From Coleofasciculus sp. B1-GNL1-01 (GTDB lineage: Bacteria; Cyanobacteriota; Cyanobacteriia; Cyanobacteriales; Coleofasciculaceae): 64,000 nucleotides of DNA. Shown here in pieces: positions 28,752-41,800 of the stretch (position 1 is the first letter of the stretch; every line of letters begins with the position of its first letter). The stretch lies in assembly GCA_040220235.1 (NCBI GenBank), contig JAVJTO010000053.1; one strand, written 5' to 3'. Position numbers and translations under genes: made by a program. The notes under the pieces are model-generated. The model had not been told where the DNA came from and did not search any database. It was given only the letters and a program-made list of their open reading frames with translations.

Positions 28752-29942
28752 TCAGGATTCTTCTGCGATCGCGGGATAGGGAAATAATTCGCGAAATCCC
28801 TGCCTTCGCTGTTGTGGAGACTCCGGAGTCAAATAACTCCACAGGGTTTCCCAATAAAAAAAGGATACACCATCAAAGGCGCGATCGCGAACCGCTTCAA
28901 CTTGGGCTTGAATTTGTTCAAAGGGAATCGGATCACCTAAGGTTCCCGTTAAAATGCCAATACTTACTGGAATTGTCCGCCGCGCCATGCGTACTGCGGG
29001 TTGATTAAGTTCCGCCGTAAAACGACTCAACTCATCCCGATAAACCTGTAACACGAGTTCATCTACCCAACCCCGTTGTACCCAGGTTTGCCAGTCTTGT
29101 AGATAATGTTGATAAGCAAAGGCTTGGGGATTAGGTGAAAGTGAGATAATACAATCCGGTTTAATCGATTTAACTGTCTGGACAATCTCTCCCATAAACT
29201 CGCTAATCTTATTCGCCCGCCAGCGCATCCATTCACTATTTAATGGCGAATTCGGGGGAGGATTCCCATAATGTTCTTGCTGATAACGCTCAAGCGTATA
29301 AGGATCATAACCCAATTCCACAGGCATCCCAAAGTGATCATCCAACTGAATCCCATCCACATCATATTGGCTGACTACTTCCTTAATTAGATCCAGGATA
29401 AGCTGTTGTACCTCTGGATGTAACGGATTCAGCCATAAGAGTTGGGGATTCTCCGGATCAGATTTTTGAGTTAAACCCTGAGTTATCCAGCTAGGATGAC
29501 GCCGCGCTAATTCAGAATGAATCGTTGTCATAAATCCATACTCAAACCAAGGAATGACCCGTAACCCTTGGCGATGTCCCTGCTGTACAATTTCTGCTAA
29601 AACATCTCCATTGAGTCGCATAATCCTCAGCAAAGGTTCTTGTGTCGCCACCCTACTCGGATAAAAGGTATGCCCTCGATTCCAAACCACCGGATACACC
29701 GTGTTAAAGTTCAGTTGAGACAATTGCGCGATCGCTCGGTTAATTCCCCACGGTGAAAACAATACACCACTTGCCACATTTGTCAACCAAACCCCTCGAA
29801 TTTCTGTGATTTTTGTTGGTGTTTGAGAACGGGCTAAGGATGGGGAAAATAAAATTGATTTAGCAACCAGTAGGACAATACTAAATACCAACCCTAATGT
29901 GAGAAAAACCCTGAATCTATGTTGACGTTTGTCACTCGTCAT
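28752..29942 (-). CDS. GHL10/DUF187 family glycoside hydrolase
   Basis: EIRGVWLT, NTVYPVVWNRG, IPWFEYG, WLNPLHPEVQ, YDVDGIQLDDHF; signal peptide. Confidence 0.9.
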   Translation of the reverse strand: MTSDKRQHRFRVFLTLGLVFSIVLLVAKSILFSPSLARSQTPTKITEIRGVWLTNVASGVLFSPWGINRAIAQLSQLNFNTVYPVVWNRGHTFYPSRVATQEPLLRIMRLNGDVLAEIVQQGHRQGLRVIPWFEYGFMTTIHSELARRHPSWITQGLTQKSDPENPQLLWLNPLHPEVQQLILDLIKEVVSQYDVDGIQLDDHFGMPVELGYDPYTLERYQQEHYGNPPPNSPLNSEWMRWRANKISEFMGEIVQTVKSIKPDCIISLSPNPQAFAYQHYLQDWQTWVQRGWVDELVLQVYRDELSRFTAELNQPAVRMARRTIPVSIGILTGTLGDPIPFEQIQAQVEAVRDRAFDGVSFFYWETLWSYLTPESPQQRRQGFRELFPYPAIAEES

Positions 29943-29993
29943 TCTCTATGTCTTATGTCTTATGTCAAGGGATTAACATTATATCCGGAAACC

Positions 29994-30132
29994 GTAGGGG
30001 CGCACGTCAGTGCGCCCCTTTTTACACCAATGTACTGGCGTGGCATACCTTATTTGATGAATTAGATTCGGCTTGTAGTAGGGAACTTTAGCCCTATATT
30101 CGGTTGGGTTTCCTGTCGTCAACCCAACCTAC
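29994..30132. repeat. REP hairpin cluster between genes
   Basis: gtaggggcgcacgtcagtgcgcccct; gttgggtt...aacccaacctac. Confidence 0.75.
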
Positions 30133-30217
30133 AACCTATTCCACAATTTTAGCTGTGTCAGTCCAGTATGCCCGATTTCACACCGATGTACGCCCGATTC
30201 TAGGATATCAATTTTCG

Positions 30218-31102
30218 TCAAACAGCCGCTGAGTAAAGAAATTGGTTGTTGGCTTGAAATCCCACGCCCTGGTTGTTGGCTTGAAATCCCCCCCCATGAC
30301 TAACGTGCATATCGTTAATATCTAAACCATAGAGCTTTGCACCTTCCAAATTGGCATCTAGCAACTCAGCTCTTCTGAGGATTGCCCAGGTTAGATTCGC
30401 ATTCTCCAGATTCGCTTGAGCCAAATTAGCGCCGCTTAAATCTGCCCCTTGCAGATTCGCCCAATCCAGTTTAGCCGCTTCTAAATTAGCGGCAATCAAA
30501 CTTGCGCCTTCTAAATTCGCCCGACTTAATCTCGCGCCTTGGAAATTCACTCCTTCTAAATCAGCACCCGCTAAATCTAAATCTTTTAACCAGGCGTAGC
30601 TGAGATTGACAAAACTTAGGGCTGACCCATAAACTCTCGCACCAATCAGCCTTGCTTCCGATAAATTCGCCCATTTGAAATTCACGCCAGTTAAATTCGC
30701 ATCCCGCAAATTCACCCGTTCTAACTGCGCTCCGCAAAGATTTGCCCCCCATAAGTTAGCCCGTCGGAGGTTTGTACCATTCAATATTGCCCCACTGAGT
30801 TTAGCACCCGTGAGCTTTGATTTGACCATAAAAGCACCATTGATATTGGCTTTAGTCAAATCAGCGTCAACCAGTTTGGCATCGCTCATCTTAACGTAAT
30901 TAAGATTCGTCCAATTCATCTGAGCGCCACTCAAATCAGATTTGAGTAAAAATGCTCTGGTCAAATCTGCTCCTCTGAGATTCGCCCCCGTTAGGTTAAC
31001 TCCGATTAACATAACTCCCCTGAGGTTAGCCCCACTGAGGTCAATCCCTGTGAATTCTCGATTTCCTTGTTCGTACAGTTTGAGAAGTTGTCTAACGTTC
31101 AT
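30218..31102 (-). CDS. Pentapeptide repeat protein
   Basis: [12 protein letters not shown] leader followed by continuous A(N/D)LXX repeats. Confidence 0.95.
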   Translation of the reverse strand: MNVRQLLKLYEQGNREFTGIDLSGANLRGVMLIGVNLTGANLRGADLTRAFLLKSDLSGAQMNWTNLNYVKMSDAKLVDADLTKANINGAFMVKSKLTGAKLSGAILNGTNLRRANLWGANLCGAQLERVNLRDANLTGVNFKWANLSEARLIGARVYGSALSFVNLSYAWLKDLDLAGADLEGVNFQGARLSRANLEGASLIAANLEAAKLDWANLQGADLSGANLAQANLENANLTWAILRRAELLDANLEGAKLYGLDINDMHVSHGGGFQANNQGVGFQANNQFLYSAAV

Positions 31103-31555
31103 AGCTACAACGTCCACTAAGTATTTATGATTTGGGCAAAGTTGAATGGATTGATAATTTTAATGGATTCTCTTTCTACTTTAATCCTAATAGTTAATGA
31201 ATAAACCTTCTTTGAAAAAATTTACGTTTCTACCCAACGTCCTCAAACTGTAAGTACCTGGACATAAATTTTGTACTCTGTACTAATAAATGTTAATAGG
31301 ACTTCGCAAAATTTTAAAATCCTTAACGTTATCAAAATTTTCCTGTCTGACTTTACTAATAAAGATTATACTGCTATACGATGGCAATTTCGCCCAAATC
31401 GCTGCCTTCTTTATCAAGCTTAAAGAAATTGTTGAGTAATATTAAACTTCAACACTGTACCCCTAACAATTCAGATTACACTGCAATACTTGTCATACAC
31501 CCTATAATGTTAAATTTGCCATTAATATGCTGATATAGTGGTGATTATAAAATCT

Positions 31556-32704
31556 TTATGCCAAGGATTGAATTTGACCCGCTTGAACAGAAAGAATTTG
31601 CGAGGAGTTCAACCACTGAGAATCAAATGCGCCTAAGTGAGTGGTTGTAATCAGGGTTTGAAATCGGTCTTGAATCGCATCTAAAAGCTGATTTTGGCGG
31701 TTAGGATCAAGTTCTGCCAAAACATCATCCAGTAATAACAAAGGCGGTTCACCCACAACCTCTTCAATCAGCTTTAATTCTGCCAATTTGAGTGCCAAAA
31801 CCAACGTTCGTTGCTGTCCTTGAGAACCATAGGAACGAGCAGGCGTTTGATTAATTGTAAATTCCACATCATCTCGATGTGGACCAACCAGAGTTATCCC
31901 CTGACGCTGTTCGGGAAAACGACGATGGTGGAGTTTATCTAAAAATGCCTGCTGAACACCTTCTGGGTCATCTTTCTCCAGGTTGACATTTGGCGCGTAG
32001 GTCACTTCCAGTACCTCTGTCTTACCACTAATACTACTATGCCAAGATTGAGCAAGTGGCGCTAATCGCTGTAGGACTCTAGCACGACGCCGAGTCACCC
32101 GCGACCCTGCTGTTGCCAGTTGTGCATCCCAAAGGGCAAGTTCTGCCTGGGGCTGCTTTGATATTACCCCATCTTGTGTCCCCTCTTCCTCCTGCTTCCG
32201 GATGGTTTTCAGTAAGGCATTCCGCTGGCGTAGTATTTGATTATATTGCTGCAAAATATAAGCATAGACAGGTTCAAGTTGGGTGAGAATCGAATCCAGC
32301 CAATTCCGGCGTCGTTCCGGACTTCCACGAACTAAATCCATATCCAGACTGGAAAACTGTACCGCATTCAAAATCCCTAAAAAATCAAGCTGGCGACGTA
32401 AGGATTCACGATTTAAAGCAACAGTGCGGCGTCCCTGACTGCGAAGGGTTAATCCCAGTTCAACGGAACCATAAGCCCGTTCCAATAGTGCCTGAATCTG
32501 ACCCATCGAGGCATCCTCCAACACCAATTCGCGATCGCGCCCTGACCGATGACTTTTCAGTGTCGAGAGTAATTCTACCGCTTCTAGCAGATTAGACTTC
32601 CCTTGAGCATTATTTCCCACCAAAATCGTTTTCGGTGCCTCAAAATTAACCAAACAATCCCGATAATTCCGAAACTGGCGCAACTTTAAGCATTTTAAGT
32701 ACAT
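31556..32704 (-). CDS. recF: DNA replication/repair protein RecF
   Basis: FRNY, GNNAQGKSNLLEA, GPHRDD, SQGQQR, LLLDDVLAELD. Confidence 0.98.
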   Translation of the reverse strand: MYLKCLKLRQFRNYRDCLVNFEAPKTILVGNNAQGKSNLLEAVELLSTLKSHRSGRDRELVLEDASMGQIQALLERAYGSVELGLTLRSQGRRTVALNRESLRRQLDFLGILNAVQFSSLDMDLVRGSPERRRNWLDSILTQLEPVYAYILQQYNQILRQRNALLKTIRKQEEEGTQDGVISKQPQAELALWDAQLATAGSRVTRRRARVLQRLAPLAQSWHSSISGKTEVLEVTYAPNVNLEKDDPEGVQQAFLDKLHHRRFPEQRQGITLVGPHRDDVEFTINQTPARSYGSQGQQRTLVLALKLAELKLIEEVVGEPPLLLLDDVLAELDPNRQNQLLDAIQDRFQTLITTTHLGAFDSQWLNSSQILSVQAGQIQSLA

Positions 32705-32795
32705 TGGTCATGGTTGACTGTTGACTATTAATTCCAATTACCTGTTCCCTGTGACACACCGAGCGAAGTCGAGGTGTTCCCTGTTCCCTGACCAA

Positions 32796-35624
32796 TTACC
32801 GATTCTTGTACCAACGAATAAACAGTTTCTCCAACTCAACCCAAATAAATAAAGAGGTACTAAACCCTAAACAAATCAACAATTCAGTCGGTGTGAGCGG
32901 TTCTGTACCAAAGAAATTTTGTAAAAATGGCACATAAACCAATGCCAATTGTAAGATAGTCGTGACCGTGACTGCCCAAATCAAATAGGGATTCGAGAAC
33001 GGATTTACCTCAACAGTTAAGCGAGTATTGGAACGAACCGCGATCGCATGTCCCATCTGAGCCAAACATAACGTTGTAAATACCATCGTTTTCCAGTGGA
33101 GGGGAAAATAGTCAAACGCCAGCGCCATTAAAATAATCGTGACAATGGCGAAAATAATCCCAATCCGCACCATATAGAAACCCAGCCCCCGGGCAAAAAT
33201 ACTCTCACGGGGACTAAAGGGAGGACGCTTCATCACATCCGGTTCAGCCGGTTCTACCGCCAACGCTAAAGCGGGTAAACCGTCGGTCACTAAGTTCATC
33301 CAGAGAATTTGTAACGGAGACAGGGGAACATCGGGGAGTCCCATAATCGGTGCAGCTGCAATGGTTAACACCTCACCAATGTTGCTGCCCAAGATATAAC
33401 GAATAAAGCGACGGATATTATCATAAACCGTGCGACCTTCTTCAGTCGCGGCAACAATCGTGGCAAAGTTATCATCCAGCAGCACCATATCACTGGCTTC
33501 CTTACTCACATCGGTTCCGGTAATCCCCATAGCAATGCCGATATCCGCTTGCTTCAGGGCGGGAGCATCATTCACCCCATCCCCCGTCATTGCCACGAAT
33601 TCACCTTGACGCTGAAGCCCTTGTACAATCCGCAGCTTATGTTCCGGAGAAACACGAGCATAAACGCTCACCTCCTCGACCTGTTTATCCAGATCCGATT
33701 GTGCCAGCTTTTGTAACTCCTGACCCGTGAGAACCCGATCATGTTGATCCGCAATCCCCAACGCATGGGCGATCGCGCGAGCGGTAAGCTGATGATCCCC
33801 GGTAATCATCACCGGGCGGATACCCGCATTCCGACAGCGTTGCACGGCATCCAGAACTTCTGGACGAGGGGCGTCTAACATCCCCACCAGTCCCAACCAA
33901 ACTAATTCTTGCTCAGTGGTTTCACTAGCATCTACCCCATCATCAGGAGCAGCATCTAGAGGCTTATAGGCAAACCCCAAGACCCGCAATCCCGCCCCAG
34001 CCATTTGATTATTGTGTCGCAAAATATCCGTTCGTTGCTCATCGGTCAACACCTCGGTGCGATCGCCCGCCTGCAAAGAATGGCAACGCTCCAAGACTAA
34101 CTCAGGGGAACCCTTGGTAAACATGAGGTAGGTTCCTTGTCCATCATTGGTTACCGCTGAGCCATTTGACCCTTGACAGATTACACTCATGCGCTTCCGC
34201 TCTGAGGAAAAAGGAATTTCACCCACCCGAGGAAACTGACGCCGCAAGGGTTCTTTATCAACACCCCCCTTCCCGGCTAGGGTAATTAATGCCCCTTCCG
34301 TGGGATCTCCTAAAATCAGCCAATCATCCTGTTCATATTGCAAGACGGCATCATTACAGAGGGCGCACCCTTGAAGTAAGACCTGTAATTCGGGATACTC
34401 TTGGGTAGAAACGGCTGTCTCGGCGATGAGAAACTCCCCGTTAGGCGCATAGCCTTCTCCCGTGACTTGGAATGTGTGCTGGGGCGTGATCACCCATTGC
34501 ACAACCATCTTATTTTGAGTCAGGGTACCCGTTTTATCCGAACAGATCGTCGTCACACTCCCTAAGGTTTCCACGGCTGGAAGTTTACGGATCAGCGCAT
34601 GGCGACGCACCATGCGTTGAGTTCCCAATGCCAAGGTGACAGTAATTACAGCAGGTAAGCCTTCTGGCACAACCGCTACCGCCATACTCAGGGATACTTC
34701 CACTAATTTTTGGAAAACGCCTAAATCTCCCCCACTTTGAATTAAGCCACCAACAACAACCAGCACGACCAAAATTAGGGAACCACTGACTAAGACATTC
34801 CCCAATTGGGTCATCCGCTGTTGCAAGGGTGTTGGTTCGCTTTCCACCCCTTGCAACATTTCGGCAATCCGTCCCAGTTCCGTCTTCATCCCTGTGGCTG
34901 CAACTAGGACGGTGCCTCGACCTTGAACAACTTCGGTACCTTGAAAGACTAAATTGATGCGATCGCCTAAGGGGGTATCTTCCGCTAAAGTAAGGGCAGC
35001 TTCCTTATTCACCGCGTTCGCTTCTCCAGTTAAAGCGGATTCCCGGATCTGGAGGTTTGATTCCTCAATTAACCGTCCATCAGCAGAAACTTGCACCCCC
35101 GCTTCCAGGAGCATAATGTCTCCAGGGACAAGCTGTTTGCTATCCACCTCCATCGGTCTACCCTCGCGGAGGACACGGACTTTAGGAGAGGCGAGATTTT
35201 TCAGGGCGGCGAGAGCTTTTTCTGCCCGACTTTCTTGGAGATAGCCTAAGACGCCATTAAGAATAACGATTAACAGAATCGCGATCGTATCCTTAAACGG
35301 AACTTGACCCGCCTCTAATCCTCCTTGTCGCCAATCGATCAGATCAATGACTCCGGAGATGATTGCCACCACAATCAGCATGATTAGCATGATGTTGGTG
35401 AACTGATCCAGAAGAATAGCCCAAGAACTGCGACCCGCAGTTTCTTCGAGTTCATTCAATCCGTAGTATTGCGATCGCTCTCTGACTTGTTCAGAATTCA
35501 AACCCATCTGGGGATTGCTATCCAGTTGGGTCAGCGACTCTTCGATTGAGTGGGTATGCCATGCATTTAACGGATCAGGCAACGAATGGGAAGGATGAGA
35601 TGAAGTCACAGGGCAGGTTTGCAT
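32796..35624 (-). CDS. Type IIA (Ca2+-type) P-type ATPase
   Basis: [47 protein letters not shown]. Confidence 0.96.
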   Translation of the reverse strand: MQTCPVTSSHPSHSLPDPLNAWHTHSIEESLTQLDSNPQMGLNSEQVRERSQYYGLNELEETAGRSSWAILLDQFTNIMLIMLIVVAIISGVIDLIDWRQGGLEAGQVPFKDTIAILLIVILNGVLGYLQESRAEKALAALKNLASPKVRVLREGRPMEVDSKQLVPGDIMLLEAGVQVSADGRLIEESNLQIRESALTGEANAVNKEAALTLAEDTPLGDRINLVFQGTEVVQGRGTVLVAATGMKTELGRIAEMLQGVESEPTPLQQRMTQLGNVLVSGSLILVVLVVVGGLIQSGGDLGVFQKLVEVSLSMAVAVVPEGLPAVITVTLALGTQRMVRRHALIRKLPAVETLGSVTTICSDKTGTLTQNKMVVQWVITPQHTFQVTGEGYAPNGEFLIAETAVSTQEYPELQVLLQGCALCNDAVLQYEQDDWLILGDPTEGALITLAGKGGVDKEPLRRQFPRVGEIPFSSERKRMSVICQGSNGSAVTNDGQGTYLMFTKGSPELVLERCHSLQAGDRTEVLTDEQRTDILRHNNQMAGAGLRVLGFAYKPLDAAPDDGVDASETTEQELVWLGLVGMLDAPRPEVLDAVQRCRNAGIRPVMITGDHQLTARAIAHALGIADQHDRVLTGQELQKLAQSDLDKQVEEVSVYARVSPEHKLRIVQGLQRQGEFVAMTGDGVNDAPALKQADIGIAMGITGTDVSKEASDMVLLDDNFATIVAATEEGRTVYDNIRRFIRYILGSNIGEVLTIAAAPIMGLPDVPLSPLQILWMNLVTDGLPALALAVEPAEPDVMKRPPFSPRESIFARGLGFYMVRIGIIFAIVTIILMALAFDYFPLHWKTMVFTTLCLAQMGHAIAVRSNTRLTVEVNPFSNPYLIWAVTVTTILQLALVYVPFLQNFFGTEPLTPTELLICLGFSTSLFIWVELEKLFIRWYKNR

Positions 35625-35804
35625 AAACACGATACCCAATCAATCATAGTCTTTTCAGTCAGTAACTGTAAGCTGGTGCATCGGGAATGAGCATTCTGGA
35701 TTGGGGATGGTTCAGACATAGCATACTACGTCTGGAACTGACACCGAGGAAGGAGTAAATAGCCGCTAGAGTTGGAATCCTGCGGCTATTGCCAGGAGTG
35801 AAAC

Positions 35805-38800
35805 CTAGAACACAAAATTACTAGCACTCAGTTCAGCCGCCGAGACATCTTCTAAAGTAATAAAGGTGCTGAAAGTTTCCTGACCCTGTAAACCATCTGG
35901 GTCGATTTGCACCTGAGTAGCTGAACTGCCTTGGACAAGGCGCACATAGCCATCAGCCAGGGCATCAGAACCTTGATAATCCACGCTCTCAAGAACCTCA
36001 GTGAGGACAATTTGGTCATCAGCCACTTGAAAATCAGTGATTACATCACCCGACTCACTCAAGCTGGTGTAGACAAACGGGTCATTGCTGTCGCTTTTTG
36101 TGAGCTTATCTCCATCTTGTTGAGTGACTAGGCTGTCATTGGCTGCCATGCCCGTTAATTCATCACCAGATGATGTACTCGAACTTTCCTGTTGCACCTG
36201 GGAGAGTGTCTGAGTGTTACTCTGAGTCTGAGTTGATTGGGAGACGCTACTCACCTCAAAAGTAGTGGTGTAGGCATCACTGGCATTACCTGCGCTGTCA
36301 TAAGCTTTTCCCCACAGGGTATATTCACCACTTTCGAGTCCGCTGAGGTCTAGGGTGTACTCATCAAAACTTGCCCATTGATTGCCGCCACTCCAAGGTT
36401 CAAAGTCTTCGGCATCCTCCACGTTTCGCCAATCACCCTCTGGAGGCAGTAGCCACATATCTACACGTTCTATATCACTGATGCCGTCAGGGTCTAATAC
36501 CCAAGCGTTGGTCAGACTCAGGGTTTCTCCTGGACTATAGGTGTTGGCATCGGTGGAGAAGTAGAAGGCTTGGGGTGGGGTGTTGTTGATTTCAAAAGTA
36601 GTGGTGTAGGCATCACTGGCATTACCTGCACTGTCATAGGCTTTTCCCCACAGGGTATATTCACCACTTTCGAGTCCGCTGAGGTCTAGGGTGTACTCAT
36701 CGAAACTTGCCCATTGATTGCCGCCACTCCAAGGTTCAAAGTCTTCGGCATCCTCCACGTTTCGCCAATCGCCCTCTGGAGCCAGTAGCCACATATCTAC
36801 ACGTTCTATATCACTGGTGCCGTCAGGGTCTAATACCCAAGCGTTGGTCAGACTCAGGGTTTCTCCTGGACTATAGGTGTTGGCATCGGTGGAGAAGTAG
36901 AAGGCTTGGGGTGGGGTGTTCTCGGTGTCATCGTTGAGGATTGTCCCTGTAGCCGTGCCGTTGGTGATTTGTGCGCCACCGGAGGGGTTGGTTAAATTCA
37001 GGGTGAAGTTTTCATCGGGTTCAACTTGAGAATCCCCCGTTACTTCTACCGTAATCTCTTTTTCGGTTTCACCATCAGCAAAGGTGACAGTATCACTGGG
37101 GAATGTACCACCAAAGTCGTCGGCATTGGCGGGGTTATTCCCGCTCCCTGTTACTTCATAGGTGACGCTGGTTTCTCCAGTGGTATTCTCAGCGCGGGTG
37201 AGGGTGAAGCTGTAGGCAGTTGTGCCACTATCTCCTTCTTCTTTTTCGGCATCGGTGGGAGTGATCGAGAGGATCGGGGGAATCAGTTGATTACCGAAGT
37301 CGATATCCGTCGCTACTTGTCCTGCTGTCAAGTTAACGGTATGAACGAGGCTGAAGGTGTTCTCAGGAATATAAATGGGGTCGTTGGTGCTGTTGTTGTC
37401 GGGGTGATCAGGAGTGGAAGTGGAATCACTACCATCAAGATTCAAAATGGCTTCGGCTAAGGCAATGGCGTTAATGCGAGGATAACTCGCTCCGGTATTG
37501 CTGACGTTATCGTTTTCATCATCGCCGTCGATAATGAGGTCTCCTGTGGTTTCAAGGAGAGTGCGGAATTCTGTCACACTCAATTTGCGACCCAAGTATT
37601 CTTGTGCAATTTCTTGAGCGAGGGTGGCGAGGGCAGTGACATAGGGGGTGGCTTGGGAAGTACCTCCCATTGAGATAGTGCCACCTGTGGCATTGGCACC
37701 CGTGATTAAGATACCAGGAGCAAAGGTATCTAGAAGTTCAGGATGACGTTGGGAGAAGCTGGCAATGCGGTCAGTATCGGTGGTATAGTCTCCTGCCCCT
37801 CCGGTAAAGGTGCGGGAGCCAAAGTTATCTGCCCAAACTGCACCCACAGAAATCACATTGGGGTCAATGGCAGGGTAGGCGAGTCCTGGGGTGCTGGCAT
37901 ATTGGTAGAAGCTGTTTCCGGCTGCTGCTGCGATGAGGATATTTTGGGAGGCAAGGGCAGCTAGTTCATCCCCAATGCCATAACGGGCGGTTTGGGTAAT
38001 CCAGTTTTGATTGTCTCCGAGAGAGAGGTTGACAGAAGCAACATTGTATGCATCAGCGTTGGTCGTGACCCATTGCAGGGCGGCTTCTAGGTCGGAGAAG
38101 AAACCTGAACCCTCATCGGAGAAGACTTTGAGGACAATCAGGTTGGCATCGGGGGCGATGGAGGAGAAGATACTGGCGATGTGAGACCCGTGATTGTTTT
38201 TATCGCTGGCATTATTATCTTGGTCGGCAAAGTCGTATTGATAGAGGATTTTATCGGCAATGCCGTTGTTATCATCGTCTGCCCCGAAGAGGGGGTGATT
38301 GAGGTCGATCCCTGTGTCTATAATGACGGAGGTGAATCCTGTACCTTTGATATCCGTGAAGCGGGCATCTGCCCAGAAGTCATCCAGGTTGATGAGGTTG
38401 GTGGCAGATGTGGTGGTATAGGTTTCGTTGCTGATGATGGGGCTATTGGGGATGTAAAGTTCGATTTCTGCCCCAGTGGTGGTGACGTTAACTTGGGGAT
38501 AGGTTTGTTGCCATCCCTCTTGCATAACTTCGGCGACGGTGTAAGTGTCAGGGCGGAGGTTGGTGAAGGTGTAGTTCCCATTTTCGTCGGTGACAACGGA
38601 GATTTCCCCTGCGTCTAGTTGTCCGTTGGTGTTGCTGTCGAGATAGATTGTCCAACCCTGTAATCCGGGTTCGTCTGTATCTTTGACCCCATCTCCATCT
38701 AAGTCATGCCATTTCATGCCCTGAATTTCGGCATCGTTATCGCTGATGCTGACATTAATGTTGGGGAGGGTGAGGTTATTGTAGTTGGAGTCACTACTAT

Positions 38801-41800
38801 TGGTGGTGTGGGTAATCGTGGCAGTGTGGTCGCCTTCGGGAGTCGTATCGTTAACGGCAGTTACGGTGATGGTTTGGGGTTGATTCCAGTTGCTATCGTT
38901 GAAGGTGAGGATGTTGGTATCAGTGGTAATTCCTGCGCCAACGGTGAGAGTAACTGTGACATCGGCAGTGGGTTGGGTGTCTAAAATGATGCTGTAGGTG
39001 TCGGTGTTCCCCCCTTCGGTGACGGTGGTATTGCCTCCTGTGGCGGTGAGAGTCACCCCTGGGGTGGGAGGTTCAGCAATGGTGAAGATAGCGGTTTCCG
39101 CTGCAATGCCACTGTTACCTGCATTGTCTTGGAGGGTAGTGGCATTAACCTCTAAGCTATAAGTTCCAGGGGTGGTGGTTAGGGTGTCTAAACCATTGAT
39201 GCGGTAGGTAGAACCGGAAACTTGGCTGATAGTGACAGTATCCGGTAAAGTTACTGCTTGTCCGTCTCGCAGCAGGCTGATGTCGGTTTTATCGAAGGTG
39301 TTGAGGTCAATGATTTCGGAAAACTGGACATCAAGGTAAGTAACGGGGTCTAAGGTGGCTGTATCAGGAACATTGAGGAAGTCGAGGATAACAGGTTGCG
39401 TGACATCGGCGAAGATATCAATAGTTCCGGTGCTATCATTTCCGGCTTCATCAACAAGGCGTAACTCAACGGTACGAGACCCTACGCCGGATAGTTGGAT
39501 GTCTGCGCTAAAGCTGGTGTTCGTCACCGTCGCTTGTCCTAAACTTTCCCCGGTGGTTGCATCGGTTAGATAAACTCGGAGATTGGCTTCGGGTAAGTCT
39601 CCGGTTACGGTAATGTTTGGGCTGTTGACGCGGTATTGTCCGTATTCGTTGAGGGTGGTGAGGGAGGTAGCGGTCGTGTTTAGCTGGCTGGTGGTGGGGG
39701 TGGCGCTGACTTGGATGTTGGTGGCGAGGAGGGGGTCGGTTCGGTCGAGTTGCCAGGTGGTGCTAAGGTCGTTGGTGGTGGTGTTTCCAGCATTATCTTC
39801 AATACCTGCACCATTAACGGTGAGGGTATATTCCCCATTGGTATCTTGCAGGAAGGTTAAGCCTTTGATTGTGTAGGTGGTTTCATTCCGTTTATCTATC
39901 TCCACCTCAGCAGTCACTAAGTTTGTCCCCCCCTCTACGGTTAAGGTGAGGTCTTGGTAGTCAAAGGTATCGGGGTCAATGGCTTGGTCAAAGCTGACTT
40001 CTACTGAAGAGATGGCGGTATTTCTGGGACTGGTTACGTCATCAATATCGGTAAGGGTGGGGGCGGTGTTATCCAGTACCCAGGTGAAGCCTTTACCCCC
40101 TACGCCGTTATTATTGTCGGTATCTTGAATATTGTTAGCAGTGACGAGGAGTTCGTAGTCTCCCTCTGTGTCGGTAAATTGAGACAGGTTACTCACTTGG
40201 TAGGTGAGATTATCCAGTTGGCTAATGGTAATGGTGTCGTTGACTAAGTTACCGCCTTCGTTACGGGTGAGGGTGATATCGGTGTAGTCAAAGCTATTCG
40301 GTTGAATGGGTTCGGTGAAGATGACGGTAAACTGATCAACAGCGGTACTCAGGAGGTTACTGCTAAAGCCTTCGATGGCTTGAACGGCAGGTCGGTCTCC
40401 GGTAAATAGCCAGTTTTCGGTGACAGTCCCCGCACCGATGTTCCCACTGAGGTCTTCTACGCCTGTACTATCAATACTCAGTTGATACTGTCCGATGTTG
40501 CCTGTGATGGAGGTGAGGTTATTGATTTGGAAGGTAATGGGGTCAACTTGGCTAATCGTGACGGTATCGGTGATGAGGTTAGTACCATTGTCCAGGGTGA
40601 GGGTGAGGTCTTGGTAATCGAAGGTGTTGGCGCGGATGGCTTCGGTGAAGACGACGGTGAGGCTATCGATGGGAATATCGCGGGGGTTGGGGTCAACATC
40701 AATGATTTCTCGAACTTCTGGGGGTGCAGAGTCGTTGCTGTCGTAGGTGATGGTATAGCTGCCAGTGCTATCGAAGTCGAGGAAGTGGAGGATATTTTCG
40801 TAGATGGGTCGTCCGGTGGCGGGGAAAGTGCGGTCGGTACGCCAGATGTTGTCTAGGTCAATGACTGTGCCATCGGAACGGAGAATTTGTTCAATCTCAA
40901 ACTGTCCGTTAGCGGGGTCTTCCAGGCGGATGTAGTTCCAGCCTGAAGTGGGAGTGAGGCTAATCTCGGCTTCGAGGTCAAGGATGGTAACAGGTGCGTC
41001 AACGGTGGCGGTGTCGATGGGGGTGACGGGTGCGGTGTTGCCATCGCTGAAATAGAGGGTGTCGGGGTAGAAGTTGGCATCAAATTCGTCGTTAACTAAG
41101 AAGTCGGAGAGTCCATCGCTGTCGGCTTGGACGGTTTGGATTAGTTCATGAATGTTGACTTCTTTGATCAGGGAAAGTTCTTCATTTCCTAAGTCGTTGA
41201 TATGTTCAAAGGTGGCTTCATAGTCAATGAATTTGCCTTGTAAGCTGGATTTAAGTAACCATTCTCCAACGGCGGTTTCCCCTGCTGCGATATCGCCAAA
41301 ATCAGCGGTTAATGAGGGATTGATGTTTTCTCCGTTAACTTGCGAACCAATGATATCAAAGTCAATTAGTAAGCCTTTTTCGTTATCAACAATTTCAGGT
41401 TGTGCGGAGGTAATACTGAGGTTTCTGGCATCACCAAAGCCGTTGTTTTGAACTAAGACGGCTAGGGAGAAGGGTTCAGCGACTTCGGTAGCATCGGTGA
41501 AGGGGTCATCACCGTAAACGTTGCGTTGCTGGAAGTAGTCTAGGGTTAGTTCTGCTTGGGGGTTAACGGTTATGGGAGTAGAAAGTAGAGGGACGGTAAC
41601 TAACTGACCGTCTTGGATGTAGCTTAGAGTGCCACCAATAGTATATTGTTCGGGAGTTTCTCCGGCTGCTGAACGAGTGGGAATAAATGTCCATTCTGCG
41701 CTGCCAGAGGAATTGGTGTTGAGGATACCATTACCATCGACGGAACTAATATTTTGTAGAATAGGGTCAGTAATGCCAAAGAGTTCGTTAACCGAATTCC

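Noticed and set aside
31272..31284. LexA box (gtac-tct-gtac)
   Set aside because: The spacer is one base shorter than the cyanobacterial consensus, and the site lies downstream of recF beside a MITE-like end.
35758..35790. Terminator after the giant gene (aatagccgc...gcggctatt)
   Set aside because: The stem is real, but the loop is long and there is no clear U-tract, so it is not called.
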